A stretch of 64,000 bases of DNA from Octopus sinensis. Taxonomy: Eukaryota. The notes beneath the pieces are model-generated. The model was not told where the DNA came from and did no database searches. It saw nothing but the letters and a program-made list of their open reading frames with translations. The position numbers and the translations under genes are program-made. Below, piece by piece: positions 1 through 12,330 of the stretch (the first letter of the stretch is position 1; every line of letters starts with the position of its first letter). The stretch covers positions 4,588,001 to 4,652,000 of the forward strand of contig NC_043007.1 of assembly GCF_006345805.1 (NCBI RefSeq), read 5' to 3'.

Positions 1-3000
1 CTGTCAAAAAACAGGATAAAAATCAAGGAAAAGTCGAAATTTCATTACTATAATGAAAGTTAATCTAAAGAACATTATTGGAATAGCCATCATTTTTGAC
101 AGCACAGGTAGGCTAGATCTCATAATAATTACAGTTGACATTGCAGGGGAGCTTATTCTCAAGAACAATTAAGCCTGGCACCACTTACATGGACAACTTC
201 TTCAACTGCAATAGCTGCTGTTTCACTGTTCTGCTACTCTGTCTCCTTTGCAGAATACTTCTGTTTCTATTATTTCCTCTTCACAGAAGTAGATGTCAGT
301 GTGCAATGATTGGAATAATTAGCTAGACTATCTTTGTGTTTGTTCTCTATATTTCTTTATAATTTATCTATTCTTTTAAGAGATGATTTGACAGAAATGA
401 CTGAGAGTTGAAATAAAAGCCATACCGTATTTAGTTTTATTCCTCTTTGTTCTGTTCAAAGTTTCAAATTCTTCTCTGGTTAAGGGGCCATAAAATAAAT
501 CCTATTGTTATTTTTGGGTTGACGCAGTTAACTATACATCCTTTTCTACAAATCCTGGCCCCGTAGCTGGCATAAATAATAAAGATCTGGACTAAATGGA
601 AATGGACTTCACTAAACAGAATGGAACTGAAGTAAATAGAAGGGAAATGGATTCAACGGGTGTAGACAGAACAAAAGAGGAAAGAAGTGGATTAACTAAG
701 AAAGAACTGAACTAAATGGCAGAGAATTGGACTGGATGGGGGGGGGGACGTTAGACAAAAAATGAAATGGAATAGGAAGGAATTTGACTCAAGAAGAAGG
801 AACAAGACTATATGCCATATATGGTGTTTAGTTGCATCTCTTAATGTTTTAGTTCAAATCCCAGTTAAATCAAATTGTCATCCCTTCAGAGACCATTGCC
901 ATAATTAGTTGTTCTCATCTCATCTGTCTGTCAGTATTGTGTCCCTGCCTTTTTGAAATATTAGATGTAATATCTTACTATTTCTGACCACTTAGAAACT
1001 TGTTAGATTCGCTCAACATTCAGCCATCTTTGTTGCAAAATTTGGGTTAATTTCTGATCCAAATAAACCTCTATTCTTTATATCTATATTCTATACATTG
1101 TATACAGCATTTAGTTCAGGTTTTCTCAGGTCCCCCTTTAAATTCTTCATAGGGTGGTTTTAGTTTTTTACAAAAAAATAAATAAATAAATAAAATAGAT
1201 GTCATCCAGGTATCAAAGGAACACCTGAGTATCCAATCAATTGTAGGTAACATTCTCAGGTGACCTATTGATTATTTTGCACAGCTAAATGAATTGAGGC
1301 AATGCAGAATAAAGGGTTTTGCCTAGAAACACACTGAAATATCTGAAGTGGATTTGAACTCTTTGCAAAAGAAGGAACAAATAACCCATTTGGAGGACCC
1401 CAGAAGCCACCCCCACCTCCCACCAGTGCAGGCGACCCATCTTGGATTAAACTAACTCTGAATAGAAACCCTGACGCAGTATAGGGAGATGTTTTTTGGT
1501 CTTGCTGTAAATATCCTTTCTCGTGCCTGTGACATGAACCCAACTCAAAATGTAAAGTATTTGATAATAGGAAGGGCATCCAGTGATAAAAACTATTCCC
1601 AAAAGCAGAACACAACATTTGGAAGACGACTGGGGGTTTCATTTTTATTTGTTGCTCTATGTAAGAGATGAAAAGATGTGTGGTAAGTGGTGAAAAGCTG
1701 TGACCTCCATCCAGACTGTGCCAATGTAGGAAAATAGATTAACGACATTGATGACAGTTGTAATAAGCTATGAACAGATATCCTGTTATTTTCTGCCTTC
1801 AGCCTTTTCTCTTTCTAAGAATTGCTATTGTGCTTAATATAAACTATTGCTGTATATTTATGGTTTTATCTGCTGTCATTACAATGATGTATCACCGTGC
1901 ACTGGAATTAATCACTTTTTTTTTTTAGTTTGATATGATCAAAAGAAAACCTCCAGTTCTTTGAATACTCAAGGGAATTCTGAAATCCCCTCAGTACTGT
2001 AAATTAAAACATTCTCTATATCAGTCTACTATAATCCATAGTATTACCATACTAGCAACATTGAGCAGTGAGCTGTACTTCACTATGGGACCTATTCATA
2101 ATGTGTATATTTATAACTATTGGGAGTTAAATATAAATTTATGTGAAAGCATTATGTTGAAGTGGTGGCCAGTTATGGACTGTTATTCTGTTTGTTTTGT
2201 CAGCTTTATGACACCTTTATAACTCATCTACCTACAACTTTCAGATCCTTTTTGGGAACAATTTTGCCAGATCATTAGAAACACTAATCTAGTTATCTTC
2301 TTTGAGTTTTTTCAGTCTTTGATAATCTATTTAAGTTTGGTTTCAATGTGATTTTTTTCCCCCCACTTTTCTTCCATTGAGTTTGTTTCTCTCTGTTTTT
2401 ATAACATTGGTCAATATCTCACTTGTAATTCAGTTAAGAACATCCTTCTCTTTGTCCTCTATTTAAAGCACTCTCCATTGTCAGCGTGTGATAGTAGGAA
2501 TGTCATTGCTCTATTATCCATTTCATATTTCACCTCTTCTTCCCATTTCACTAAACCTGAACGATTTGTTTGTTTTTACACAGGAGCCTCTTCTACTTCA
2601 TAGCATTACTCTGTGGCTTACAGATAATTGTTCTTTCTCTTGTTATTGTAGTTGTTGTTGTTGTCTCTTGTCTCTTTGCTGTCACTATTGTTCTTGTTCC
2701 TGCTATTGTAGCTGCTGCTGTTGCTTTTCTTAATTATCTCCTTTGTTTTACAGAGAAAAATGAGAAAGTTATTAGACCGCTTATAAGTATGGAACGTCTT
2801 ATTAGCTTGTAGACATAATGAGACTTATTGGTTTGCAAAAGGCCTTGACCTTGACAGAAATATATTTCCCCCTTTTTACATATACGGATTGCTGTGAAGA
2901 CTCTGTAGGTTCAAAGACAACAAACCATCCATCTCCTGTTACTATCATTGCATCTGTGACCAAAGCATTGTTAACGCATTCACATGTAACTGTCAATGCT

Positions 3001-3534
3001 GTTTGTAACTGGGTCCAGTTTAACTAGACTGTACTAATGTAAACTAGTTTATATAATGTCTTGCCAGGAGAGGTCTGCTGAGAATTACAAGCTCATAACT
3101 ACAGTCTAAGTCTCTATTAGGATTGGTGGAGATATTTTAGAATTGGTACAGGAATAGTTGAAAATAGGTATTTTATTTTTCGGTATAAAATTGTACCTCT
3201 CTATTCTGTTATTGATTTCTTATATGGAGATAATGCTGTAATTTGAGGGGGGGGGATGGGTGGGCAAGGTGTAGTCAAATTAAATCCAATGTTTAATTGG
3301 TAATTTAGTTAATCTTGTTGAACCCAGAATACAAGTAACTGAGTACCACAAATTATCTTTCACAACATCTTTAACAGTTAATCCACCACCTTGTCCATGG
3401 TGACATTGTAAACTTAAGGGTTTGCAGTGTTGTGTCCTTCCCAAGGGTGCATTAGTTATGTCCTACTGTTACATGATTTCTTACATCTCTGTCAGCCAGT
3501 AGATATTTCTGTCGAATGTGTGGTTTCCAAGGGG

Positions 3535-3778
3535 TGGGTGGTAAACCCTGCTGTACTCTTTCACCACAACTTTCACTCTGTCTTCTTGTTTCTGTTGCAC
3601 CTGTATTTCAAAGGGCCTTCCTTGTCACACCCTGTGTCATGCTGGACCTCTCCGAGAACTACAATAAGGGTACATGTGTCTGTGGAGTGTTCAGCCACTT
3701 ACACATTAATTTCACGAGCAGGCTATTCCGTTGATTGGATCCACTGGGACCCTCATCATCATAACTGACAGAGTGCCA
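3535..3778 (+). mobile_element. SINE family C, 3' part
   Basis: Homologous to the reverse complement of 59983-60327 (shared gggtacatgtgtctgtggagtgttcagccactt and gcaggctattccgttgattggatc). Confidence 0.7.
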
Positions 3779-3827
3779 TAGTAGTAACATATACACATAC
3801 ATATGTGGATGCACACACACACACACA

Positions 3828-4265
3828 GAGGCATGGCTATCTGGTTAAGAAGTTGCTTTCCTGACCACACATGGTTTTGGATTCACCTAGGGCAGGCAAG
3901 TGTCTTCTGCTATAACTCTGGGCCAACCAGAGTCTTGTGAGTAGATCTGGAGGATGGAAAGTGAAAATAATACCAGTCATGTGCATGTGAATGTATTTGT
4001 TTTTGATGGGTGTGTGTGTGTGCATCACCTTGTCTTGACATTACGCAACAGATGTAAATAAGCATCATCATCATCATCATGCTATCAGTTTTCCTTGTTT
4101 CCAGTCATCCCCCAATACATATTCAGCAATGGGGAAATATTACCTTGCTTAGAAACAGGTGAGGGCTGCTGATAGAAAGGGTAACCAGTCATAGAGAATT
4201 TAGCTCAAGGAATTCCATTTTCACTTTCACACAACCATGAAATGTGAGCATAGAAACAACGATGA
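3828..4265 (+). mobile_element. tRNA-derived SINE family B (CORE-like)
   Basis: Head gcatggct..tggttaagaagttgctttcc, then ggcaagtgtcttctgctataac; matches the copies at 15690, 16083, 24518, 44286 and 50635. Confidence 0.7.
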
Positions 4266-4496
4266 CAATGGTAATAAATGTGTATATATATGTATTTATT
4301 TATATATGTATGTATATTGCATTATCTCCATTGAATTTTGTTCAATTGAAGTGGACCACTTTTTCATATGTAGTACTCAGTACATGATACAAAGGTTGAG
4401 TCTACATTTTTTATATAAAATCTTGCACAACCATCATTTTGACCTTAGGTTATTATTAAGAGTGTGTGTGTTTGTGTTTGTGTGTGCATGCATGTG

Positions 4497-4811
4497 TGTA
4501 GATAGATAGATGGATGGATGAATGGATGGATAGATGCATAGATAGATGCATAGATAGATAGATGGATGGATGGATGGATGGACGGACGGACGGACGGACA
4601 GATGGACGGATGGACAGACGGATAAATAGATAGATGCATGCATGGATGGCTGGATGGATAGAGAGATGCATAGATAGATAGCTGGATAGATAGATAGATA
4701 GATGCATAGATAGAGAGAGAGAAAGAGATAGATAGACAGATAGATAGATAGATAGATAGATGCATAGATAGATAGATAGACAGATAGATAGATAGATAGA
4801 TAGATAGATGC

Positions 4812-4870
<59 letters not shown>

Positions 4871-5033
4871 CAGATAAACAGATAGATAGATAGATAGATA
4901 GATAGATGCATAGATAGATAGACAGATAAATAGATAGATGCATGCATGGATGGCTGGATGTAGAGATGCATTGATAGATAGCTGGATAGATAGATAGATA
5001 GATAGATGCATAGATAGATAGAGACAGAGAAAG

Positions 5034-5085
<52 letters not shown>
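4497..5085. repeat. Compound (GATA)n/(GGAT)n/(GGAC)n microsatellite with internal block duplications
   Basis: Directly visible; explains the IYLS-repeat ORFs on the minus strand. Confidence 0.97.
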
Positions 5086-5086
<1 letters not shown>

Positions 5087-5834
5087 TTGACCCTAAATTT
5101 TCGTGTCATTCCAACTAAGAAAACCCCCAAAGATCTGAAATCCGACTGCATCACTTCCTTCTCAAGCCTGTTTCCAACTCTATGCCTTCTACTGACAACT
5201 GAACGACAGTTTTTCATCCAGCATGAATAATTTCAATAGAGAATAGTGCATTCAGCATGAAAAGTTATGCTGTGAATGAATGATAATTTTATAGCCATTC
5301 ACAATATTAACTCTTTATTGTCATATATTCATTTCTAAGTACTTTATTTTTTATTTTGCATTTTCTGAATTTTCCATATTAGGAAAATGAAACATTTTGT
5401 CTGTTTTTATATTTATTCGTATTTATATTTTATTGCAAATAGAAATTCGTTTGAAGTACTCTAAATGCACTTGGCTGAAAGGTTATGAATTCGTATTCAC
5501 TCCTCTTCAACTCAATAATGTTGAGACTGCGTGTATGCTGATCAGGATTCTATTATGGCCTAATCACACATGAGGACCCAAACTTAATACCATAGATGAC
5601 AAAATGATTATCAATTCTTACGATGTTGCCACAGCTTACACCAGTGCCATATGGTCAAGTTAACATGGGTCTCACTCTCTCTATGGTGTTGTTTGACCTG
5701 CTAGAAATAACAACCAAGTTTCCATCAAGCCATGCCCTGTCATCTTAGAGAGTCCAAAATGTATCTTTCTCTTGGTAATGTAGTCTTAGTATAAAGAAAG
5801 ATGGTCATGGCTGGAAATTTTTGATTATGAATTT

Positions 5835-6090
5835 GCCTATACCTGTGCCGGTGGCATGTGTAAAAAGATTTGAGCGAGGTCATTGCCAGTACCACCTGAC
5901 TGGACCCATGCCAGTGGCACGTAAAAAGCACCCACTACACTCTCAGAGTGGTTGGCATTAGGAAGGACATCCAGCTGTAGAAACTGCCAAATCAAGATTG
6001 GAGCCTGGTGCGGCTGTCTGGTTCGCCAGCCCTCAGTCAAAATCGTCCAACCCATGCTAGCATGGAAAACAGACGTTAAACGATGATGAT
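5835..6090 (+). mobile_element. RTE-clade LINE 3' UTR fragment
   Basis: gcacccactacactctc..gtggttggcattaggaagg..catccagctgtagaaac..cgttaaac(gat)n. The same sequence follows the RT fragment at 11842-12330. Confidence 0.8.
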
Positions 6091-7134
6091 GAGGAGGGCC
6101 ACCCTGGGAATAAAGAACAACAGCAACTCCATCCCTCCAGTGAGAGGAACTCGGTTATTCAGAGTATAATGTCTTGTGCAAAGCCACAGTGTTAAGACAT
6201 GAGCTCTCAACTCTGCCATTAATACTTCTGTCGCTGTTATCTTAACCATCAGAGTTATCAGTCGTGTTTAACTATGGATCATGATAACAATATCAATAGG
6301 GGGACACTTGTAATTTTCCTGAATTTCTGATGAAATATTTCAGAATCAATTTTATTGAGTTGTATGTCTTATCAGTTATAAAGCAACTTGAAATGGAAAG
6401 TGTAATAAGAAAATAAAAAAACAAAATATGGAATTGAATAAAAACTATTGAGTATCCACATTAGCAAAAGAAAGCCATACAATGGTCAGTCCAAAATTTG
6501 TCTATTGGTATTCGGAGCAGTTGAATCAGTAGTTCCAGACCATGCCACTCCAAATTTTAAATGTGGTTTGCATGCTGATAGTAGAAGTTATATTGATAAG
6601 AGGCTGTAGTGTTTATCTATGTCCAGTTATTCCAATATGTACAATGGCCTTAATCCTTTACACTGACCAATATCTTTAGAAATTGAAAGTCTATTGTGTG
6701 TCAATATTTACAGCAGATGATGCAATTTCTAAACTCCATATCCATTTTACTGTGAATCCTTCCAAGTTGAAATTCAGTGAACATCAATATCCTTCTGGAA
6801 AACTTGAAAGATCACTACACATAAGTTTGTCTGGTTTTAAGAAATAATGTCAGGCACAATTATTTGAAAAACATTGAAACTTTAGAACCAAGGAATTAAA
6901 GATGTGTAATTTATCTTTCTGAAAAAGCGACCTGTTCAGAACAAACATATTTTTACGATCATAAATCAAAATATTTATCTAGATATTACAAAATGCCTGA
7001 GGCTGAACCTCGTACAGCCTTATAACCATATTGTTAGTGTATACATCACATTAAATAATTTTGTCACCATAAATGGTAATTTCCTTCTAAAATGTTCAGA
7101 AATGTCTCAGACATGAACTGCCTTGTTTAATACT

Positions 7135-7367
7135 TATTTCTTTACTACCCACAAGGGGCTAAACATAGGGGGGACAAACAAGGACAGACAAAGGGCTTAA
7201 GTCGATTACATCGACTCCAGTGCGCAACTGGTACTTAATTTATCAACCCCGAAAGGATGAAAGGCAAATTCGACCTCGGTGGAATTTGAACTCCGAACGT
7301 AACGGCAGACGAAATACGGCTACGCATTTCGCCCGGCATACTAACAATTCTACCAGCTCGCCGCCTT
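7135..7367 (-). mobile_element. Full-length tRNA-derived SINE family A with a 16-bp target-site duplication
   Basis: Minus strand reads ggcggcgagctggtagaattgttag (A box), gagttcaaattcc (B box), ttgcctttcatcctttcgggg, and ends gggtagtaaagaaata. TSD tgccttgtttaatact at 7119-7134 and 7368-7383. Confidence 0.92.
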
Positions 7368-7456
7368 TGCCTTGTTTAATACTGGCCATAGGTTTCTTTA
7401 TTAATGTAGATATTCAGCAGTTTTATTTGATTTATTGCACTCACACACACATGCAT

Positions 7457-7535
<79 letters not shown>

Positions 7536-8278
7536 AGGAAAACATTATTGATATTTAAATCTATTCAGCTCTCATTTCTGACATACATTTTGGTAACACA
7601 TTGAAAGAGAAAAACTGCTTCACAAACCCTGGCAAAGTGCCTCGTCAGTCACCTCATCAAAGGAATTTGGAAGTTGCAATGAAGAACAAATTCACTCATC
7701 AAAATTTGTTAGAAAAATACAAAGAAAAGAAAGTTAAGTTTAGGATACAAAACTCGTAGTCAAAGAACCTACAGTTGTAATTGATAAGTATCAAATTTCT
7801 TTAAATAATGGTGTATCAGCAATATTAAGGAAAGAATACTAGCAAATTAGAACCTATTCATTGCAACTGATGCAACTATTTGTGTGTATATTTGTGTGTC
7901 TGTATGTATATGTTTGTGTGTATATTTATCTACAAACACATTCATGTGTTTGTAGATAGATCTACATTGTTCTAATTCATTTACAGGTGTAATTTAGGAG
8001 TATAGCTTGTTGCTTTTGGGTTCTGATGTAATCGGCCATTTGTCATGCGTGATACAACACACGATAGGAGAGAGCCTGCATGTGGGCACAGATAAGGCTT
8101 GAAAGATTTATGTCTTATAGAATGGAACATGTTGTTTGCATGTTAGAGAAGAGAAAGAAGAATTGTCCTGGGTTTTAGGCATCAAAAGAAGTGTGTGGAG
8201 GGTGTCACAGTCTGCTATGAAGTCGCAATAACTTTCTGCTGAGAGCCTGGGCTAAATGCTAAAAGCTTACAGTGCTCC

Positions 8279-8567
8279 TTAACCCCTTTTGTTACCATAT
8301 GTAGAGTGATGAAATAACCAATTTGGGATGTATGTATCTGCATACAGATATCATTTGTTGGGTGTAGTACTGCTCTGTGTTTCATTCAATTAATTTTAAA
8401 TATAACAAAGAATTTAGTAAAATTCTTTGGTTATCATTAAGCTAGTGTTAGGAACATAAATTGTGACTAAGGTTTGGTGGAAGATTTTAATTGAGAACTT
8501 ACGAAAACAAGACATTTGTACTCAGAGCCAGAGGCAGTTTCAGCTGGGTTGGTATCAAAAGGGTCAA
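8279..8567 (+). mobile_element. piggyBac-type MITE carrying an internal templated insertion
   Basis: Begins ttaacccc-tttt and ends ttggtatcaaaagggtcaa; body matches 8866-9084. Confidence 0.75.
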
Positions 8568-8865
8568 AGGCCCTTATAAGCAGAAGACAGTATTAAACTG
8601 GACAGTGTGATGTGTCTACCACTGGAAAGAGTGGGGAGTGACCTTCTGCTCTATGTACAACAGTACTACACCCATAATATTTGTATGCAGATACATATAT
8701 TCCAAATTGGTTATTTCATCACTCTACAGTGATGAAGACACACATTTATATATAAAATAATAACAGTAACAAACATATGCATGCATGTGTGTGTGTGTGT
8801 AACTTCACAAAAAATGTAACTGCCAATCTGTGTCTGTACAAAATAATAGCTGTCTCACTTTAACT

Positions 8866-9084
8866 TTAACCCTTTCATTACCGAATTTCTGTTGAGATGC
8901 TCTGTGTTTCTTTCAATTAATTTTAAATATAACAAAGAATTTAGTAAAATAACTTTGTTATCACTAAACTCATGTTAGGAACAGAATTTGTGACAAAGGT
9001 TTGATGGAAGATTTTAGTTTAAACAAAGCATTTGTACTACAGAGCTAAAGCCGGTTTCAGCCGGGTTGGTATCAAAAGGGTTAA
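8866..9084 (+). mobile_element. piggyBac-type MITE
   Basis: TTAA-CCCTTT...AAAGGG-TTAA termini; three copies in the window. Confidence 0.85.
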
Positions 9085-9418
9085 ATATATTTATGTCTCT
9101 TTAAATTTTTTTCAATTGCTTCAGAACTTTACATTTTAGGGATCTGTGGGGCTGAATGTACACATTTGCCAAAAACACTGTAATATCCATGGCTAAGACA
9201 GGGAACCCTCACAGCTTCCATCCACAGATTGCATAAGAGGCATGAGAAGCATTATGTAATTGATGAGTGGTTCGTTAATTGATACTAATAAATTTAAATT
9301 CAATTCTTGCCACATCTTTAAGAAAGTTCTATTCTATCAGTGATTTTGTTCCTATTTGCACTTTGCATTAATACAATCGTTTTATTGTTACCTAACAATG
9401 TGAAATGTTATGGCATTC

Positions 9419-9461
<43 letters not shown>

Positions 9462-10032
9462 TCTAAAACTGGTAACTGCATTGTAAAGAATGTAAGCCTT
9501 TCTTTTCTATTCCTTCTTTATCAATATTGGTATTCTTTTACTGGAAATAATTAAGAACAAATTCTATTCGATTCTTTTCTATTCATGTAAAGTATATAAA
9601 TACCAAAACATTGGGTTAACCTAAACCAGAAATTTCAGGTTTATTCAACATTTGACTGATTGCTGTAAACTACGACAAGGAAAAAGACATGCCAATACCG
9701 TATTCGATATTATTATACGGAACATGTTGCTATTGTTATTGCTATAACAACAGAATGGTTAATGTCTTGTTTAGATATTTTTGTTTTCTTTTTAACAAAA
9801 TTATCTTTATCTTTTATTGCCTCTGGATCTAACGGTAGTTGAAATGGTAACGGAATGAAACTATGAGCAGAAATGGTTGTGAGAAATTCAAGAAGATGGA
9901 AGGAATGCAAGAAGGGAAGAAAATAAAACTGATGGAATTCAAAGGAATTAATCAAACACAAAGAGAAAGAGAAGAATAGTTGTAAAACTTAATAATAAAT
10001 TGTTTATTTAGTTTTATATATATATATATATA

Positions 10033-10113
<81 letters not shown>

Positions 10114-10296
10114 TATTATTATTATTATTATTATTATCTGTATCTTCCCATGTTGGCCTGGAGAGTCTTGGTTATGTGAATTTGGATACATTGCATGTTG
10201 AATTGTCGATGCAAATAGTTTGCATTGCTAGATGCCCACCCCAACTGAGATAAGTTACCTGTAAAGAGAAACATCATCAAGTTACAGTAGACACCA

Positions 10297-11112
10297 TTAT
10301 CATCATCATCATCATTATCATCGTTTAACACCTGGTTCTCCCTGCTGGCATGGGTTGGATAGTTTGACGTAGAACTGGCTAGTAAGGAGCTGTCCAGACT
10401 CTAGCTGTCTGTTGTGGCATGGTTTCTATGGTTGGATGCCCTTCCCAATGCCAACCACTTAAAAGAGAGTGCTGGGTACATTTTACGTGTCACCATCGTG
10501 CTTTGAAGTGGCACCAGCAGCTGAAAGGAAAAGCCTCTTTGTGTGAAAGACAGCAATTTTACATAGTTTGATGTGTCTTATCAAGAACAGCAAATGGCCA
10601 CATCTCTCGATCCCTTGTCATTTCCTCAGCAAGGCCCAGCATCTGAAGAACTTTTCTCACCACTTCGTCCCACATTTTCCTGGGTCAGCCCCTTCCACAG
10701 GACTCCTCTAAAATTAGTGCTCAACACTTCTTAACACAGCTGACCTTATCCATATGCATCACATGACCAAACCAGCACAGTCTTCTGTCTTGCACACAGC
10801 ATCTGATGCCTCTTATACCTAAAATCATTTACACTCATGCATGCACACTGACATTACACATCCTGCAGGGCATGTAGGCTTCATTTCTTTCAAGTCTTCA
10901 CAAGTCCTCTGCAGTCAAAACCCATGTTTCTCTGCCATGTAACATGGCTGTACGTCCACAGACATCATACAATCTGATTTTCACTCCAAGGCCCTTAGTT
11001 ACCAACCAAGGTAGAAGCTCTCTGAACTTCATCCAGCCTGTTCTTATCCTAGTAACTACACTTTCAGAACTCCCTCCCCCACTGCTACCTTTGTCTCCAA
11101 GATAACTGAAGC
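10297..11112 (-). mobile_element. 5'-truncated RTE-clade LINE: decayed RT C-terminus plus 3' UTR and (GAT)n tail
   Basis: Minus-strand translation RIRTGWMKFRELLP..MLHGRETW..RLERNE..RRLCWFGHVMHM..G*PRKMWDEVV, with stops and frameshifts; typical RTE C-terminal motifs. Confidence 0.9.
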
Positions 11113-11213
11113 CTTGGCCATTCCTCTCAAACTTATGCATATAATAAGCAAACAATGTAAATGCTACATTATTTACATTTGATGGATATTTGTCCTCATC
11201 TTGTTTGTTGTTA

Positions 11214-11260
11214 CCACAACAGTTCGGCTGATATACCCTCCAGCCTTCATCAGGTGTCTT
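11214..11260 (-). ncRNA. Minimal type-I hammerhead ribozyme motif, degenerate (GAAAC>GAACT)
   Basis: AAGACAC CTGATGA A GGCTG-gagggtatat-CAGCC GAACTGTT GTGG. Confidence 0.65.
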
Positions 11261-11451
11261 GAGGAAATTCTGAACCTGAGTTCTCGATCCTAAGGTATTT
11301 TTCAATGTTGTTGTTATTATTATTCAGGTCACTACCTGGAATCGAACTCGGAATCTTGAGGTTAGTAACCCGTGCTCTTAACCACTATGCCATAGTGGTT
11401 AAGAGCGTGGGCTACTAACCCCAAGATTCCAAGTTCGATTCCAGGTAGTGA

Positions 11452-11505
<54 letters not shown>

Positions 11506-11507
<2 letters not shown>

Positions 11508-11625
11508 GTTGTGATGCATGTGCCTGGTGTACCCTTATCAGACGGGTAGTCATGATGGGTATACTGTGCTTCGTATATTTTACCCCAGTGTCACTTTGAT
11601 GGCATACTCTGCTCGCTCACTCAAT
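11506..11625 (+). mobile_element. 3' end of a non-LTR element inserted in (AAT)n
   Basis: Flanked by AAT repeats; a longer copy lies on the minus strand at 17790-17992. Confidence 0.65.
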
Positions 11626-11695
11626 AATAATAATAATAGCAACAACAACATTGAAAAATACCTTAGGAATGAGAACCCAGGTTTGAAATTTCCCC

Positions 11696-11743
11696 AAGAC
11701 ACTTGATGAAGGCTGGAGGGTATATCAGCCGAAACTTTGTGTT
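11696..11743 (+). ncRNA. Minimal hammerhead motif, degenerate
   Basis: AAGACAC TTGATGA A GGCTG..CAGCC GAAACTTT GTGTT; two substitutions relative to the family consensus. Confidence 0.6.
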
Positions 11744-11841
11744 AACAACAAACAAGATGAGGACAAATATCATCAATTGTAAATAATGTACATAATTCCT
11801 CATCTCTTAAATATAGAAATGTAAACGCTGTAAAAAAAATT

Positions 11842-12330
11842 GGATGGACAGCTGTGTGAAAAAGTGTCACACCCTAGCAGTTGAGGGAGCCTGTTGAAGA
11901 GGTAGACCCAGGAAGACCTGGGATGAGGTGGTGAAGCATGATCTTCGAACATTGAGCCTCGCAGAAGCAATGACTAGTGACTAAAACCTTTGGAGATATG
12001 CTGTGCTTGAGAAGACCCAGCTAGCCAAGTGAGACTATAACTTGTGGCCTATGCCAGTGGTGTATAACCAGCCCACTTATGAGTACTCTTCAATCATTGG
12101 ACAATGATTGCTTGCGAAGACCTGTTGTCGTTGCCAGTGCTGCCTGACTAGCCCTCGTGCCAGTGGCACATAAAAGCACCCATTACACTCACGGAGTGGT
12201 TAGCTTTAGGAAGGGCATTCAGCTGTAGAAACTCTGCCAGATCAGATTGGAGCCTGGTGCAGCTACCTCAGTCAAACCGTCCAACCCATGCCAGCATGGA
12301 AAGTGGATGTTAAACAACAATGATGAAGAC
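11842..12330 (+). mobile_element. 5'-truncated RTE LINE 3' end
   Basis: Translates DSCVKKCHTLAVEGAC*RGRPRKTWDEVVKHDLRTL, followed by the 3' UTR family seen at 5835. Confidence 0.88.

Larger units (their letters stand above)
11165..11818. mobile_element. Palindromic tRNA-headed hammerhead retroelement (PLE-like, non-autonomous)
   Basis: Inverted arms centred on 11390. Each arm is a tRNA-like head, an (AAT)n linker and an HHR motif. The right arm has an extra tail, cataattcctcatctcttaaatatagaa. Confidence 0.85.

Noticed and set aside
585-790. Loose aactgaactaaatgg-like repeats
   Set aside because: Too degenerate to define a unit; probably a decayed simple repeat.
1265-1642. 125-aa minus-strand ORF containing GGGGGFWGPP
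   Set aside because: No recognisable domain or convincing splice context; part overlaps a degraded repeat tail (ataggaagggcatccag).
4434-5217. Long ORFs of 169-253 aa
   Set aside because: Translations of the GATA microsatellite.
7615-7655. CTGACGA GGCA-ctt-TGCC on the minus strand
   Set aside because: Stem II is present but is not followed by GAAA, so it is not a hammerhead.
7927-7958. 15-bp perfect hairpin tatctacaaacacat-tc-atgtgtttgtagata
   Set aside because: Short fold-back in low-complexity context; no further evidence of function.
10898-11305. 135-aa ORF as a gene
   Set aside because: Chance fusion of the HHR element arm with the RTE RT fragment.
11335-11450. tRNA-like sequences as true tRNA genes
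   Set aside because: No complete acceptor stem, atypical ACT anticodon, and embedded in a repeated element; treated as a SINE-type head.
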